DNA from: Escherichia coli
Lineage (GTDB): Bacteria > Pseudomonadota > Gammaproteobacteria > Enterobacterales > Enterobacteriaceae
Assembly (NCBI RefSeq): GCF_003334305.1
Contig: NZ_QOWS01000024.1
Direction: 5' to 3' (one strand)
DNA: 64,000 nt
Of the stretch, positions 35,395 through 49,350 are shown piece by piece; the stretch's first letter is position 1, and the number at the start of each line of letters is the position of its first letter. A program made the translations under genes and the position numbers. Under the pieces are notes generated by a model, which worked only from the letters and a program-made list of their open reading frames with translations, was not told where the DNA came from and did not search any database.

Positions 35395-35515
35395 CCACTA
35401 AACACTCTAGCCTCTGCACCTGGGTCAACTGATACGGTGCTTTGGCCGTGACAATGCTCGTAAAGATTGCCACCAGGGCGAAGGAAGAAATGACTTCGCC
35501 TCCCGTATCTGGAAA
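35395..35515 (+). promoter_or_regulatory. molybdenum cofactor (Moco) riboswitch in moaA leader
   Basis: Structured leader immediately upstream of moaA containing a CCUCCC element and GGAAAGG RBS; the E. coli moaA 5' UTR is known to carry the Moco RNA motif; boundaries approximate. Confidence 0.5.
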
Positions 35516-35522
35516 GGTGTAC

Positions 35523-36512
35523 ATGGCTTCACAACTGACTGATGCATTTGCGCGTAAGTTTTACTACTTGCGCCTGTCGATTACCGATGTGTGTAACTTT
35601 CGTTGCACCTACTGCCTGCCGGATGGCTACAAACCGAGCGGCGTCACCAATAAAGGCTTTCTTACCGTCGATGAAATTCGCCGGGTTACGCGCGCCTTCG
35701 CCAGTCTGGGCACCGAAAAAGTGCGCCTGACAGGCGGTGAGCCGTCTTTACGCCGCGACTTTACCGATATCATCGCCGCTGTGCGGGAAAACGACGCTAT
35801 CCGCCAGATTGCGGTCACCACCAATGGTTACCGTCTGGAACGCGATGTGGCGAACTGGCGCGATGCGGGACTTACTGGCATTAACGTCAGTGTCGACAGT
35901 CTGGACGCCCGCCAGTTTCACGCTATTACCGGGCAGGATAAATTCAACCAGGTCATGGCGGGGATTGATGCTGCATTTGAGGCCGGTTTTGAGAAGGTCA
36001 AAGTCAATACCGTGCTGATGCGTGATGTTAATCATCACCAGCTCGACACCTTTCTGAACTGGATCCAGCATCGCCCTATCCAGCTGCGTTTCATCGAACT
36101 GATGGAAACGGGCGAGGGCAGCGAGCTCTTCCGTAAGCATCACATCTCTGGTCAGGTTCTGCGTGACGAGCTACTGCGTCGCGGCTGGATCCACCAATTA
36201 CGTCAACGCAGCGACGGTCCCGCGCAAGTCTTTTGCCATCCAGATTACGCCGGAGAGATTGGCCTTATCATGCCGTATGAAAAAGACTTCTGCGCCACTT
36301 GCAACCGCCTGCGCGTTTCCTCCATTGGTAAACTCCATCTCTGCCTGTTTGGTGAAGGCGGCGTTAACCTGCGCGATCTGCTGGAAGACGATACCCAGCA
36401 ACAGGCGCTGGAAGCGCGTATTTCAGCGGCGCTGCGGGAGAAGAAACAGACCCATTTCCTGCATCAAAACAACACCGGTATTACGCAAAACTTATCGTAC
36501 ATTGGCGGCTAA
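35523..36512 (+). CDS. moaA: GTP 3',8-cyclase (radical SAM)
   Basis: ORF track 35442..36512; start trimmed to [31 protein letters not shown] (CxxxCxxC), 329 aa. Confidence 0.93.
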
Positions 36513-36533
36513 AACGTCAAAAGGAGAGATCAG

Positions 36534-37046
36534 ATGAGTCAGGTAAGCACTGAATTTATCCCGACCCGTATTGCTATTCTTACGGTTTCTAATCGTCGCG
36601 GTGAAGAAGACGATACCTCCGGTCACTATCTGCGCGATTCGGCGCAAGAAGCGGGCCATCACGTTGTCGATAAAGCCATTGTGAAAGAAAACCGCTACGC
36701 TATTCGCGCTCAGGTATCTGCGTGGATCGCCAGCGACGATGTACAAGTGGTATTGATTACGGGTGGTACTGGCCTGACGGAAGGTGATCAGGCTCCCGAA
36801 GCATTGCTGCCGTTGTTCGACCGTGAAGTTGAAGGTTTTGGTGAAGTGTTCCGGATGTTGTCGTTTGAAGAGATTGGCACTTCCACGTTGCAATCTCGTG
36901 CGGTAGCGGGCGTCGCCAACAAAACGCTGATTTTCGCCATGCCGGGTTCGACCAAAGCGTGCCGTACCGCATGGGAAAATATCATCGCGCCGCAGCTGGA
37001 TGCCCGTACGCGTCCGTGTAATTTCCATCCACATTTGAAGAAATAA
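36534..37046 (+). CDS. moaB: molybdenum cofactor biosynthesis protein B
   Basis: ORF track 170 aa. Confidence 0.93.
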
Positions 37047-37048
37047 GT

Positions 37049-37534
37049 ATGTCGCAACTGACCCATATCAACGCCGCTGGCGAAGCGCACATGGTGGATG
37101 TCTCCGCCAAAGCGGAAACCGTGCGTGAAGCGCGGGCGGAAGCCTTTGTCACCATGCGCAGCGAGACGCTGGCGATGATTATTGATGGTCGCCACCACAA
37201 AGGCGACGTATTTGCCACTGCGCGTATTGCCGGTATTCAGGCGGCAAAACGCACCTGGGATCTGATCCCGCTCTGTCATCCGCTGATGCTCAGCAAAGTT
37301 GAAGTCAATTTACAGGCCGAGCCGGAGCACAATCGGGTGCGTATAGAAACCTTATGCCGCCTGACCGGGAAAACCGGTGTCGAAATGGAAGCATTAACCG
37401 CGGCCTCCGTGGCGGCGCTGACCATTTATGACATGTGCAAAGCGGTGCAAAAAGATATGGTGATTGGTCCGGTACGTTTGCTGGCGAAGAGCGGCGGCAA
37501 GTCGGGTGACTTTAAGGTGGAAGCGGATGATTAA
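37049..37534 (+). CDS. moaC: cyclic pyranopterin monophosphate synthase
   Basis: ORF track 161 aa. Confidence 0.93.
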
Positions 37535-37772
37535 AGTTCTTTTTTTCGCCCAGGTGCGCGAGTTGGTGGGAACAGATGCAACCGAAGTGGCTGCGGATTT
37601 CCCAACTGTTGAAGCGTTACGCCAGCACATGGCTGCGCAGAGCGATCGCTGGGCGCTGGCGCTGGAAGATGGCAAATTACTGGCTGCCGTCAACCAGACG
37701 CTGGTGAGTTTTGACCATCCGCTGACTGACGGCGACGAAGTAGCTTTCTTCCCGCCGGTAACCGGAGGTTAA
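37527..37772 (+). CDS. moaD: molybdopterin synthase sulfur-carrier subunit
   Basis: ORF track 37464..37772; start trimmed to [13 protein letters not shown]; C-terminal GG (..FFPPVTGG), 81 aa; overlaps moaC end. Confidence 0.92.
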
Positions 37773-37773
37773 G

Positions 37774-38226
37774 ATGGCAGAAACCAAAATTGTTGTTGGT
37801 CCGCAGCCGTTCAGCGTAGGAGAAGAGTACCCGTGGCTGGCGGAGCGTGACGAAGACGGTGCGGTAGTCACCTTTACTGGTAAGGTGCGCAACCATAACC
37901 TGGGCGACAGCGTCAAAGCATTAACCCTCGAACACTATCCGGGGATGACTGAAAAAGCACTGGCAGAAATTGTTGATGAAGCGCGTAACCGCTGGCCGCT
38001 GGGGCGCGTCACTGTGATTCACCGCATCGGGGAATTATGGCCGGGCGATGAAATCGTTTTTGTCGGTGTCACCAGTGCGCATCGCAGCAGTGCGTTTGAA
38101 GCCGGGCAGTTTATTATGGATTATCTCAAAACCCGCGCACCGTTCTGGAAGCGCGAAGCCACGCCGGAAGGCGACCGCTGGGTTGAAGCTCGGGAGAGCG
38201 ATCAGCAGGCGGCAAAACGCTGGTAG
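37774..38226 (+). CDS. moaE: molybdopterin synthase catalytic subunit
   Basis: ORF track 150 aa. Confidence 0.93.
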   Translation: MAETKIVVGPQPFSVGEEYPWLAERDEDGAVVTFTGKVRNHNLGDSVKALTLEHYPGMTEKALAEIVDEARNRWPLGRVTVIHRIGELWPGDEIVFVGVTSAHRSSAFEAGQFIMDYLKTRAPFWKREATPEGDRWVEARESDQQAAKRW

Positions 38227-38236
38227 TTTTTTGTTA

Positions 38237-38264
38237 GCCGGATAAGGCACCGCTGCGTCCGGCA
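38237..38264. repeat. REP element
   Basis: GCCGGATAAGGCACCGCTGCGTCCGGCA palindrome after moaE. Confidence 0.6.
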
Positions 38265-38362
38265 ATTTCACCGCTCAGTACATGCGTTTACGCTGCGTCG
38301 ATGCACAGCCTCATCATTTTGCAGTATCCTTAAGATATTCCTTATATCTTCAGGAGATCGTC

Positions 38363-39067
38363 ATGGACAGATTCCCACGTTCTGATTCAATCGTACAACC
38401 CCGGGCTGGCTTGCAAACTTATATGGCGCAAGTCTATGGCTGGATGACCGTTGGCTTGTTGCTGACCGCATTTGTTGCCTGGTATGCGGCTAATTCCGCG
38501 GCCGTGATGGAGCTGTTGTTTACTAACCGTGTCTTTTTAATCGGTCTGATCATCGCGCAATTAGCATTGGTTATTGTGTTATCAGCGATGATTCAAAAGC
38601 TGAGCGCAGGTGTAACGACGATGCTCTTTATGCTTTATTCGGCGCTGACGGGTCTTACGCTTTCCAGTATATTCATTGTCTATACCGCTGCTTCTATCGC
38701 CAGTACTTTCGTCGTTACTGCCGGGATGTTCGGCGCAATGAGCCTGTACGGTTACACCACGAAGCGCGATTTAAGTGGCTTTGGCAATATGCTGTTTATG
38801 GCGTTAATCGGCATTGTGCTGGCATCGCTGGTCAACTTCTGGCTGAAAAGCGAAGCATTGATGTGGGCAGTTACCTACATCGGCGTGATTGTCTTTGTCG
38901 GATTGACGGCGTATGACACTCAGAAATTGAAAAATATGGGTGAGCAGATTGATACCCGCGACACGTCGAACCTGCGCAAATATTCCATTCTTGGCGCGTT
39001 AACCTTGTATCTGGACTTCATCAACCTGTTCCTGATGTTGCTGCGAATTTTTGGCAACCGCCGTTAA
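38363..39067 (+). CDS. ybhL: BAX inhibitor-1 (TMBIM) family inner membrane protein
   Basis: ORF track 38282..39067; start trimmed to MDRFPRSDSIVQPRAGLQTYMAQVYGWM (234 aa); 7-TM profile. Confidence 0.88.
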   Translation: MDRFPRSDSIVQPRAGLQTYMAQVYGWMTVGLLLTAFVAWYAANSAAVMELLFTNRVFLIGLIIAQLALVIVLSAMIQKLSAGVTTMLFMLYSALTGLTLSSIFIVYTAASIASTFVVTAGMFGAMSLYGYTTKRDLSGFGNMLFMALIGIVLASLVNFWLKSEALMWAVTYIGVIVFVGLTAYDTQKLKNMGEQIDTRDTSNLRKYSILGALTLYLDFINLFLMLLRIFGNRR

Positions 39068-39085
39068 TTCTTTTTCACCATCAAT

Positions 39086-39114
39086 ATCCCGGCCATGTGT
39101 CGGGATTTTTTTTC
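39086..39114 (+). terminator. rho-independent terminator after ybhL
   Basis: Hairpin ATCCCGGCC-ATGTG-TCGGGAT followed by TTTTTTTT. Confidence 0.55.
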
Positions 39115-39271
39115 TTACTAAAAACGACACTTAACAAGTACCAGGTATAAAATACGCCTTATGGCGAGCGGAAGCGTTTTCCGTATCCATAAATACAAAA
39201 GTATTTTGTATGCGTGGTTTTAAATTTATTGATGGTGAATATTAATATTTTTTCTAAGGACAACTAAAAGA

Positions 39272-39985
39272 ATGGAATCATATTCACAAAACAGCAATAA
39301 ATTAGATTTTCAGCACGAGACCAGGATATTAAACGGTATATGGCTCATTACCGCTTTAGGTTTGGTGGCAACCGCAGGACTGGCCTGGGGAGCTAAGTAT
39401 CTCGAAATTACGGCAACCAAATATGATTCACCAACAATGTATGTCGCCATAGGGTTATTATTAGTTTGTATGTATGGCTTAAGTAAGGATATCAACAAGA
39501 TAAATGCCGTCATCGCAGGCGTAATATATCTGTTTTTACTCTCTTTGGTGGCGATTGTCGTTGCAAGTTTAGCTCCTGTACCTGCCATTATCGTCGTGTT
39601 CAGCACTGCGGGCGCGATGTTTTTAATCAGTATGCTGGCCGGTTTATTATTTAATGTTGATCCTGGTTCTCACCGTTTTATCATTATGATGACGTTGACA
39701 GGTTTGGCCCTGGTGATCATCATGAATGCCGCATTAATGAGTGAACGACCCGTTTGGGTAATAAGTTGCTTAATGATTGTGTTATGGTCAGGCATTATCT
39801 CGCATGGACGAAATAAGCTCCTTGAATTGGCTGGGAAATGCCATAGTGAAGAGTTGTGGAGTCCGGTTCGTTGCGCTGTTACAGGTGCATTAACACTCTA
39901 TTACTATTTTATCGGCTTCTTTGGGATACTTGCCGCGATAGCTATAACGCTTGTCTGGCAAAGGCATACGCGTTTTTTTCATTAG
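39272..39985 (+). CDS. ybhM: BAX inhibitor-1-like inner membrane protein (paralog of ybhL)
   Basis: ORF track 237 aa; shares the C-terminal GALTLY motif with YbhL. Confidence 0.85.
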   Translation: MESYSQNSNKLDFQHETRILNGIWLITALGLVATAGLAWGAKYLEITATKYDSPTMYVAIGLLLVCMYGLSKDINKINAVIAGVIYLFLLSLVAIVVASLAPVPAIIVVFSTAGAMFLISMLAGLLFNVDPGSHRFIIMMTLTGLALVIIMNAALMSERPVWVISCLMIVLWSGIISHGRNKLLELAGKCHSEELWSPVRCAVTGALTLYYYFIGFFGILAAIAITLVWQRHTRFFH

Positions 39986-40020
39986 TCGTAAATGCAGATA
40001 CTAAAGAACTTAACTAAACT

Positions 40021-40977
40021 TCACATCGCCGCTTCATTTTTCGCCCGTAGCTTCTTCGCCTGGCTTTCCAGTAGCAGGTAACAGATCAGCGCCAGCAGCA
40101 GCGGGATAAAGTAATACAGGACGCGATAAGCGAGTAGGGCGGCGATAATTGTGCCTTTGGATGTATGCTCCCCAGCCAGTAGCGCGATAAACACCGCTTC
40201 CAGCACACCGATCCCCGCCGGAATATGCACGATGACGCCAGCAATACTACTAACCAGTAACACGCCCAGTACAAAGAAATAGTTCACGCTTTGACCAAGT
40301 AACAGCCAGATAATCGCCCCCATTACCATCCAGTTAACGCTGGAAATCAGCATCTGAGCGAGGGCGAATTTCCATGAAGGCAGCACCAGTTTTTGCCCTT
40401 TGATGGTCATATGGCGGTGCTTCGCGAAAGCGCAAAACCACAAATAAACCGCGATAATCATCAGTAAGCCAATGCCGAGAATACGCAGCGTAGTTTGATC
40501 GACATACCAGTGATCCGGCAACTCCACCACGCCTGCGGTAAAGATAATCCCTGCCAGTAAAATATAGCCCAGCCAGTTGGTGGTAATACTGAGCGAGAAA
40601 ATCCGCGTAATAGTGCTGCCCGGTAACCCTAGTCGGGAGTACAAACGATAGCGCATACCAATGCCGCCGACCCAGGTACTGAGCGTCAGGTTGAAGGCGT
40701 AGCAGATAAACGACACCAGCATCACCTGGCGCTTCGCCAGTTTGTGACCGCAGTAAAAGCGGGCGAGCAGGTCATAGCAGCCGTAAATCAGATAGCTGAC
40801 GACCACCAGCCCGACCGCACTAAGCAGCGCAACGCGATTGTAGTCGCGGATGACCTTCCAGACCTCTTCCCAGTCCACTTTTTTGGCGTAGACCACCAGC
40901 AACACAATCACCGCGATAAAAAACAGCCAGGTGAGGATCTTCTTTGCTAAGCGCCAGCGCGGGTGTGATTTACTCAT
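40021..40977 (-). CDS. ybhN: inner membrane protein, flippase-like
   Basis: ORF track 318 aa; polytopic membrane protein; start codon overlaps clsB stop. Confidence 0.85.
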   Translation of the reverse strand: MSKSHPRWRLAKKILTWLFFIAVIVLLVVYAKKVDWEEVWKVIRDYNRVALLSAVGLVVVSYLIYGCYDLLARFYCGHKLAKRQVMLVSFICYAFNLTLSTWVGGIGMRYRLYSRLGLPGSTITRIFSLSITTNWLGYILLAGIIFTAGVVELPDHWYVDQTTLRILGIGLLMIIAVYLWFCAFAKHRHMTIKGQKLVLPSWKFALAQMLISSVNWMVMGAIIWLLLGQSVNYFFVLGVLLVSSIAGVIVHIPAGIGVLEAVFIALLAGEHTSKGTIIAALLAYRVLYYFIPLLLALICYLLLESQAKKLRAKNEAAM

Positions 40978-42218
40978 CAGGGTTTTACCCCCGTGTTTTC
41001 AGTTTCTACCCGATCCTGCGTTTCCATTGTCGGTTGTGCGGGCGGATCAACCTGCGCCAGACGTGGTGTGTGTGCCGGAAGCCAGCCAACCAGCGCCGGG
41101 AAGTGGCGTAAAAAGTGGAACGCCAGCACGCTTTTGGTCAGGTTCCACCAGGTGCGTTTCGGCAGCATGGTCTCATCGACCTGCTGACAATCTGCGGCAA
41201 TAATGCCGTTCAGATTATCGCGCAGCGTCTGGTTAAAATGACGATCGTGGATGATGACATTTGCTTCGAGATTCAGTGACAAACTGAGCGGATCGAGATT
41301 ACTGGACCCTACTGTCGCCCAGTGATCGTCCATCAATGCCACTTTGCCGTGGAGCGGGCGGCGGCGGTACTCAAATACCTGAACGCCGCCTTTAACCAGA
41401 TAGTTATACAGCAAGCGCGCACCGACTCTGACAATCGGCATATCCGGTTCGCCCTGAATGATCAGTTTGATCCGCACCCCGCGCCGTGCCGCTTTACGCA
41501 AGGCGTGTAAAAATCGATAGCCGGGGAAGAAGTAGGCGTTGGCGATAATGACTTCTCGCCGCGCCTGAGTGAGCATTTTCAGATAGTGACGTTCAATATC
41601 ATCGCGATGTTCTTCGTTATCGCGCCAGACCAGCAATACCTGCGCTTCTCCCGGCTGGCGGTTCTCTTCCGCTTTGTGATGACGTCGCCACCAGCGTCGT
41701 GCCGCGCTCTGTCCAGGCAGGTTTTCCAGCTCAAACTGGAGAATATCTTCGACAATCGGCCCTTCAAGGCGTACCGCGTAATCCTGTTTAGCCTCTGGAC
41801 CGTAGCTGGACATATGCTCGGCGGAGTAATTCAGCCCGCCAATAAAGGCGATACGCGCGTCGATCACCACAATTTTGCGATGCATCCGGCGAAACACATT
41901 GGTGCGCATACCAAAAAGGCGAGGGCGGGGATCGTAGTAGCGAAATACCACGCCAGCTGCCGTCAGTTCATTGACAAACTCATCGCTGAGATCCGGCGAA
42001 CCGTAGCCATCCAGCAAGACTTCCGCTTTAACCCCGCGTTGCGCTGCTGCCAGTAGTGCCGCATGCAGCTGTTTGCCGACGTCATCCTCAAACCAGATAA
42101 ACGTTTCAAGAATGATGCGTTCTTGTGCCTCGCCAATCGCCTTAAACACCGCGGGATAATATTGCTCGCCGTTTTCCAGCAACTGGATCTTATTGCCTTC
42201 GCGCCAGCTACATTTCAT
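40977..42218 (-). CDS. clsB: cardiolipin synthase B (phospholipase D family)
   Basis: ORF track 413 aa; two HxK(x)4D-type PLD motifs ([17 protein letters not shown]). Confidence 0.9.
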
Positions 42219-42976
42219 AAATGAATCTCCGCACTTAAAGGGGCATGATCAGAAAGGTGTCGCCATGTCCGCAGCGGCAACGCGGTTGGCGCGCTGGCGC
42301 TGGCATTTTTGACGTAGATCCTGTCCAGTCGTAGTAGAGGAAATTGCACCGGAAACGTGCGCGCCGGGCGTCCGTGGGCGCGGGTAAAAATCTCATCCAG
42401 TCCGGCCTGCACTTTTAACGGATGATTAGCTTTTTGCCGCCAGTCATTGAAATCACCCGCCACCAATACCGGTTCGCCGTCCGGTAGCTCATTCACCCAT
42501 TCGGCGAGCATCGCAAGCTGCGCCTGACGGTGCGCCTCACGCAGGCCCAGATGTACGCACATCACATGAATCGCTTTTCCGGTCATCGGTGGCACAATGC
42601 GGCAGTAGAGCACGCCGCGCTTTTCCGCACCATCGACCGAAACATCGCGATTCTCATAATGTTCAATGGGATAACGCGACAGTACGGCGTTGCCGTGATG
42701 CCCTTCCGGGTATACGGCATTGCGACCGTAGGCAAAATCGCTCCACATCGTGTCGGCGAGAAACTCGTAGTGCGAGGTATCGGGCCAGTTTTCCACATGC
42801 AGCGGATGAACTTCGTGCGCGCCCATCACTTCCTGCAGGCAAACAATATCGGCGCTGACGGTACGCACCGCGTCGCGAAGTTCCGGCAAAATGAAGCGTC
42901 GGTTAAACGCGGTAAAACCTTTGTGAATGTTGATGGTGAGCACCTTGAACGAAAATTGTTGTGTTTGATCGGGCAT
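42215..42976 (-). CDS. ybhP: endonuclease/exonuclease/phosphatase (EEP) family protein
   Basis: ORF track 253 aa; stop overlaps clsB start by 4 nt. Confidence 0.85.
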
Positions 42977-43108
42977 AATTTTCCTGTCTTTGCCTCTTAT
43001 CTCATTGAAATAGTGTAGTCGGCGTCACAAAAAGGTGCGGTCTTACGGAATTTTCCGTAAAGTTCGGTACTCTGAGTAAGTAGAGATAAATTCTTCAGGA
43101 GAGAAGCC

Positions 43109-43519
43109 ATGAAGTGGCAACAACGTGTTCGTGTCGCAACTGGTCTAAGTTGCTGGCAGATTATGTTGCATTTACTGGTAGTGGCGCTGCTGGTGGTGGG
43201 CTGGATGAGTAAGACTCTGGTTCACGTCGGCGTGGGATTATGCGCACTGTATTGTGTCACGGTAGTGATGATGTTGGTGTTTCAGCGCCACCCCGAGCAA
43301 CGCTGGCGTGAGGTGGCAGACGTGCTGGAAGAGCTGACCACGACCTGGTATTTTGGCGCAGCGCTGATTGTGCTGTGGCTGTTGTCCCGTGTACTGGAAA
43401 ACAACTTTTTGCTGGCAATTGCAGGGCTGGCAATCCTTGCCGGCCCGGCGGTAGTTTCTTTGCTGGCGAAAGATAAGAAGTTACATCACCTTACGTCTAA
43501 ACATCGCGTACGCCGCTGA
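43109..43519 (+). CDS. ybhQ: inner membrane protein
   Basis: ORF track 136 aa; 4 predicted TM helices; 3' end overlaps convergent ybhR. Confidence 0.8.
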
Positions 43520-44587
43520 CCCTGTCGTGGCCGTTATCACCAGTAGCGGCCACAAACTATTCCACACAATATCCAGACTCGCATCCTTCAAATAAATCTG
43601 CTTGGTAATGTCCGTAAAGTGGCGAATAGGGTTAATCCACGTCAGGTTTTGCAGCCATACTGGCATGTTTTCCACCGGAGAAACGTAACCGGAAAGGAGA
43701 ATGGCGGGCATCATAAAAACAAACACGCCGATAAACGCCTGCTGTTGTGTCGAGCAGAGTGATGAAATCAACAGACCGAATCCCACCAGCGATAAACCGT
43801 AAATCACCATCGTAAAGTAGAACAGCGCCAGCGATCCGGCGAAGGGGATTTGATACGCCCAGATACCAATCGCCAGCACAATGGTGGCCTGGAAGGTGGC
43901 GACAATTAACGCCGGTACGGCTTTGCCGATGAAGATCTGCCAGGTGGTGAGCGGCGAAACCAGTAGCTGATCGAGCGTACCTTGTTCACGTTCGCGGGCG
44001 ACGGAAAGTGAAGTGACGATCATTACGCCGATAGTGGTGATCATGGCGATCAGCGACGGCACCACAAACCATTTGTAGTCAAGATTCGGGTTATACCAGT
44101 TGCGTACCACCAGCTCGCTGTTGTTAGGTTTCGGTTTTCCTTCCAGCAGCTCCTGCTGATAATTTTTGACGATCTGTTGCAGGTAGTTGGCGGCAATTTG
44201 CGCACTGTTGGAGTTACGCCCGTCGAGGATCAACTGCAACGGCGCGGTCTGGAAGGTATCCAGTTTGCGCGAGAAGTCAGCCGGGAAACGCACCAGTAGT
44301 AACGCCTTTTGTGTGTCGATGGTTGGGCGGATCTCCTGTGGGCTTTTCAGCAGCAGCACATGAGTAAAGGCGCTGGCGCGGGCAAAACGTTGGGTCAGCT
44401 CCACCGAATGCTCGCCGTTATCTTCATCGTAGATGGCGATGGTGGCGTTAGTCACTTCCAGCGTGGCGGCGAACGGGAACAGAATCACCTGAATAAGCAC
44501 AGGTAAAATCAGAATCGCGCGGGTTTGCGGTTCGCGCAGCAGCGACTGCAACTCTTTGCGGATTAACGTCCATAAGCGATGAAACAT
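43481..44587 (-). CDS. ybhR: ABC-2 type transporter permease
   Basis: ORF track 368 aa. Confidence 0.88.
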
Positions 44588-44597
44588 GCTCTTCTCC

Positions 44598-45723
44598 CTA
44601 ATCCAGCCGACGTTTGGTTTTCAGCCACGTCAGGCCGATAAACATCACCGCCGAAGCGATCAAAAACAGCACGTTTACCACCAGCACCACTGGAATATTC
44701 CCGGCGAGGAACAGGCTTTGCAGGGTGCTGACGAAATAACGAGCGGGAATAATGTACGTCACCGCGCGGATCACCGCGGGCATACTGTCGATCTGAAAAA
44801 TAAAGCCAGAGAGCATAATCGACGGCAGGAACGCGGCGTTCAGGGCGACCTGAGCGGCATTGAACTGGTTGCGGGTAATCGTGGAAATCAGCAGCCCCAT
44901 CCCCAGGGTACTGAGTAAAAACAGGCTGGAGATAAAAAACAGAATCAGCAGCGACCCGCGATACGGCACGCCGAGAATAAACACCGACACCAGCATACAC
45001 AGCAGCATCGCCAGCATCCCGAGAAAGTAATAGGGGATCAGCTTACACAGCAGCAGCTCCGTGCGGGTAATCTCCGTAGAGAGCAGAGCCTCCATGGTGC
45101 CGCGTTCCCATTCTCGCGCCACCACCAGCGAGGTGAGAATCGCGCCGATGACCGTCATGATGATGGTCACCGCACCGGGGATAATAAAGTGCTGGCTAAT
45201 CGCCGCCGGGTTAAACCAGTAGCGGGTTTGTACATCAATAAGCGGCTCAAAGGTCTGCCCGTTGTCCTCCGCCCGCTGCATTTGCCAGATCTGCCAGATC
45301 CCTTCGACATACCCCTGCACAAAGTTAGCGGTATTCGGCTCACTGCCGTCGGTGATCACCTGAATCGGTGCGGTGGCGTTGGCGCGCTCCATCTGTTCGG
45401 CGAAATCCACGGGAATAACCACCAGACCGCGAATTTTCCCCGCCTGCATTTTGGCGATCAGTTCCTGACGGTTATCGCTGATGGTGGCGTCGATGTAGGG
45501 CGAACCGGTCATGGTGTGGGTGAAATCCAGCGCCGCTTCGCTACGCTGTTCCAGCAAAATCCCGACCCGCAGCTTGCTGGAGTCGAGGTTAATGCCGTAA
45601 CCAAAAATAAACAGCAGTAGCAGTGGGATCACTACCGCAATCAGCCAGCTACTCGGATCGCGAACGATCTGCCGCGTCTCTTTGACGCACAGCGCCCGCA
45701 CGCGACGCCAGGAAAGGATCGGG

Positions 45724-45731
<8 letters not shown>
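44598..45731 (-). CDS. ybhS: ABC-2 type transporter permease
   Basis: ORF track 377 aa; paralogous to ybhR. Confidence 0.88.
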
Positions 45732-49122
<3,391 letters not shown>

Positions 49123-49350
49123 CGCACAGTCCATTCTTAATCAAATGATTGATTAAGATTATGACTCCATATGGGAGTTGTCCAGTATGGCTAAGAATTT
49201 TAGCTACGCCAGTCACAGGGATAATTTATGCGCTGCGTCACAAAAACTGCTACACTCCGCTCCCTCATGACATTGTGGTTTTTGTCATTTTCCTTTTCAG
49301 TATCTCCCTGAAAACTACACCGGTAACGGTCGGGGCGGTTCGGAGTAGTT

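Noticed and set aside
38282-38362. Track-extended N-termini (ybhL, galE, ybhA, bioA, moaA, dinG, ybhK, rlmF and others) as genuine longer proteins
   Set aside because: The extensions begin at the first in-frame start after a stop, sometimes TTG or GTG, and run through promoter or leader sequence; internal ATGs reproduce the expected conserved N-termini.
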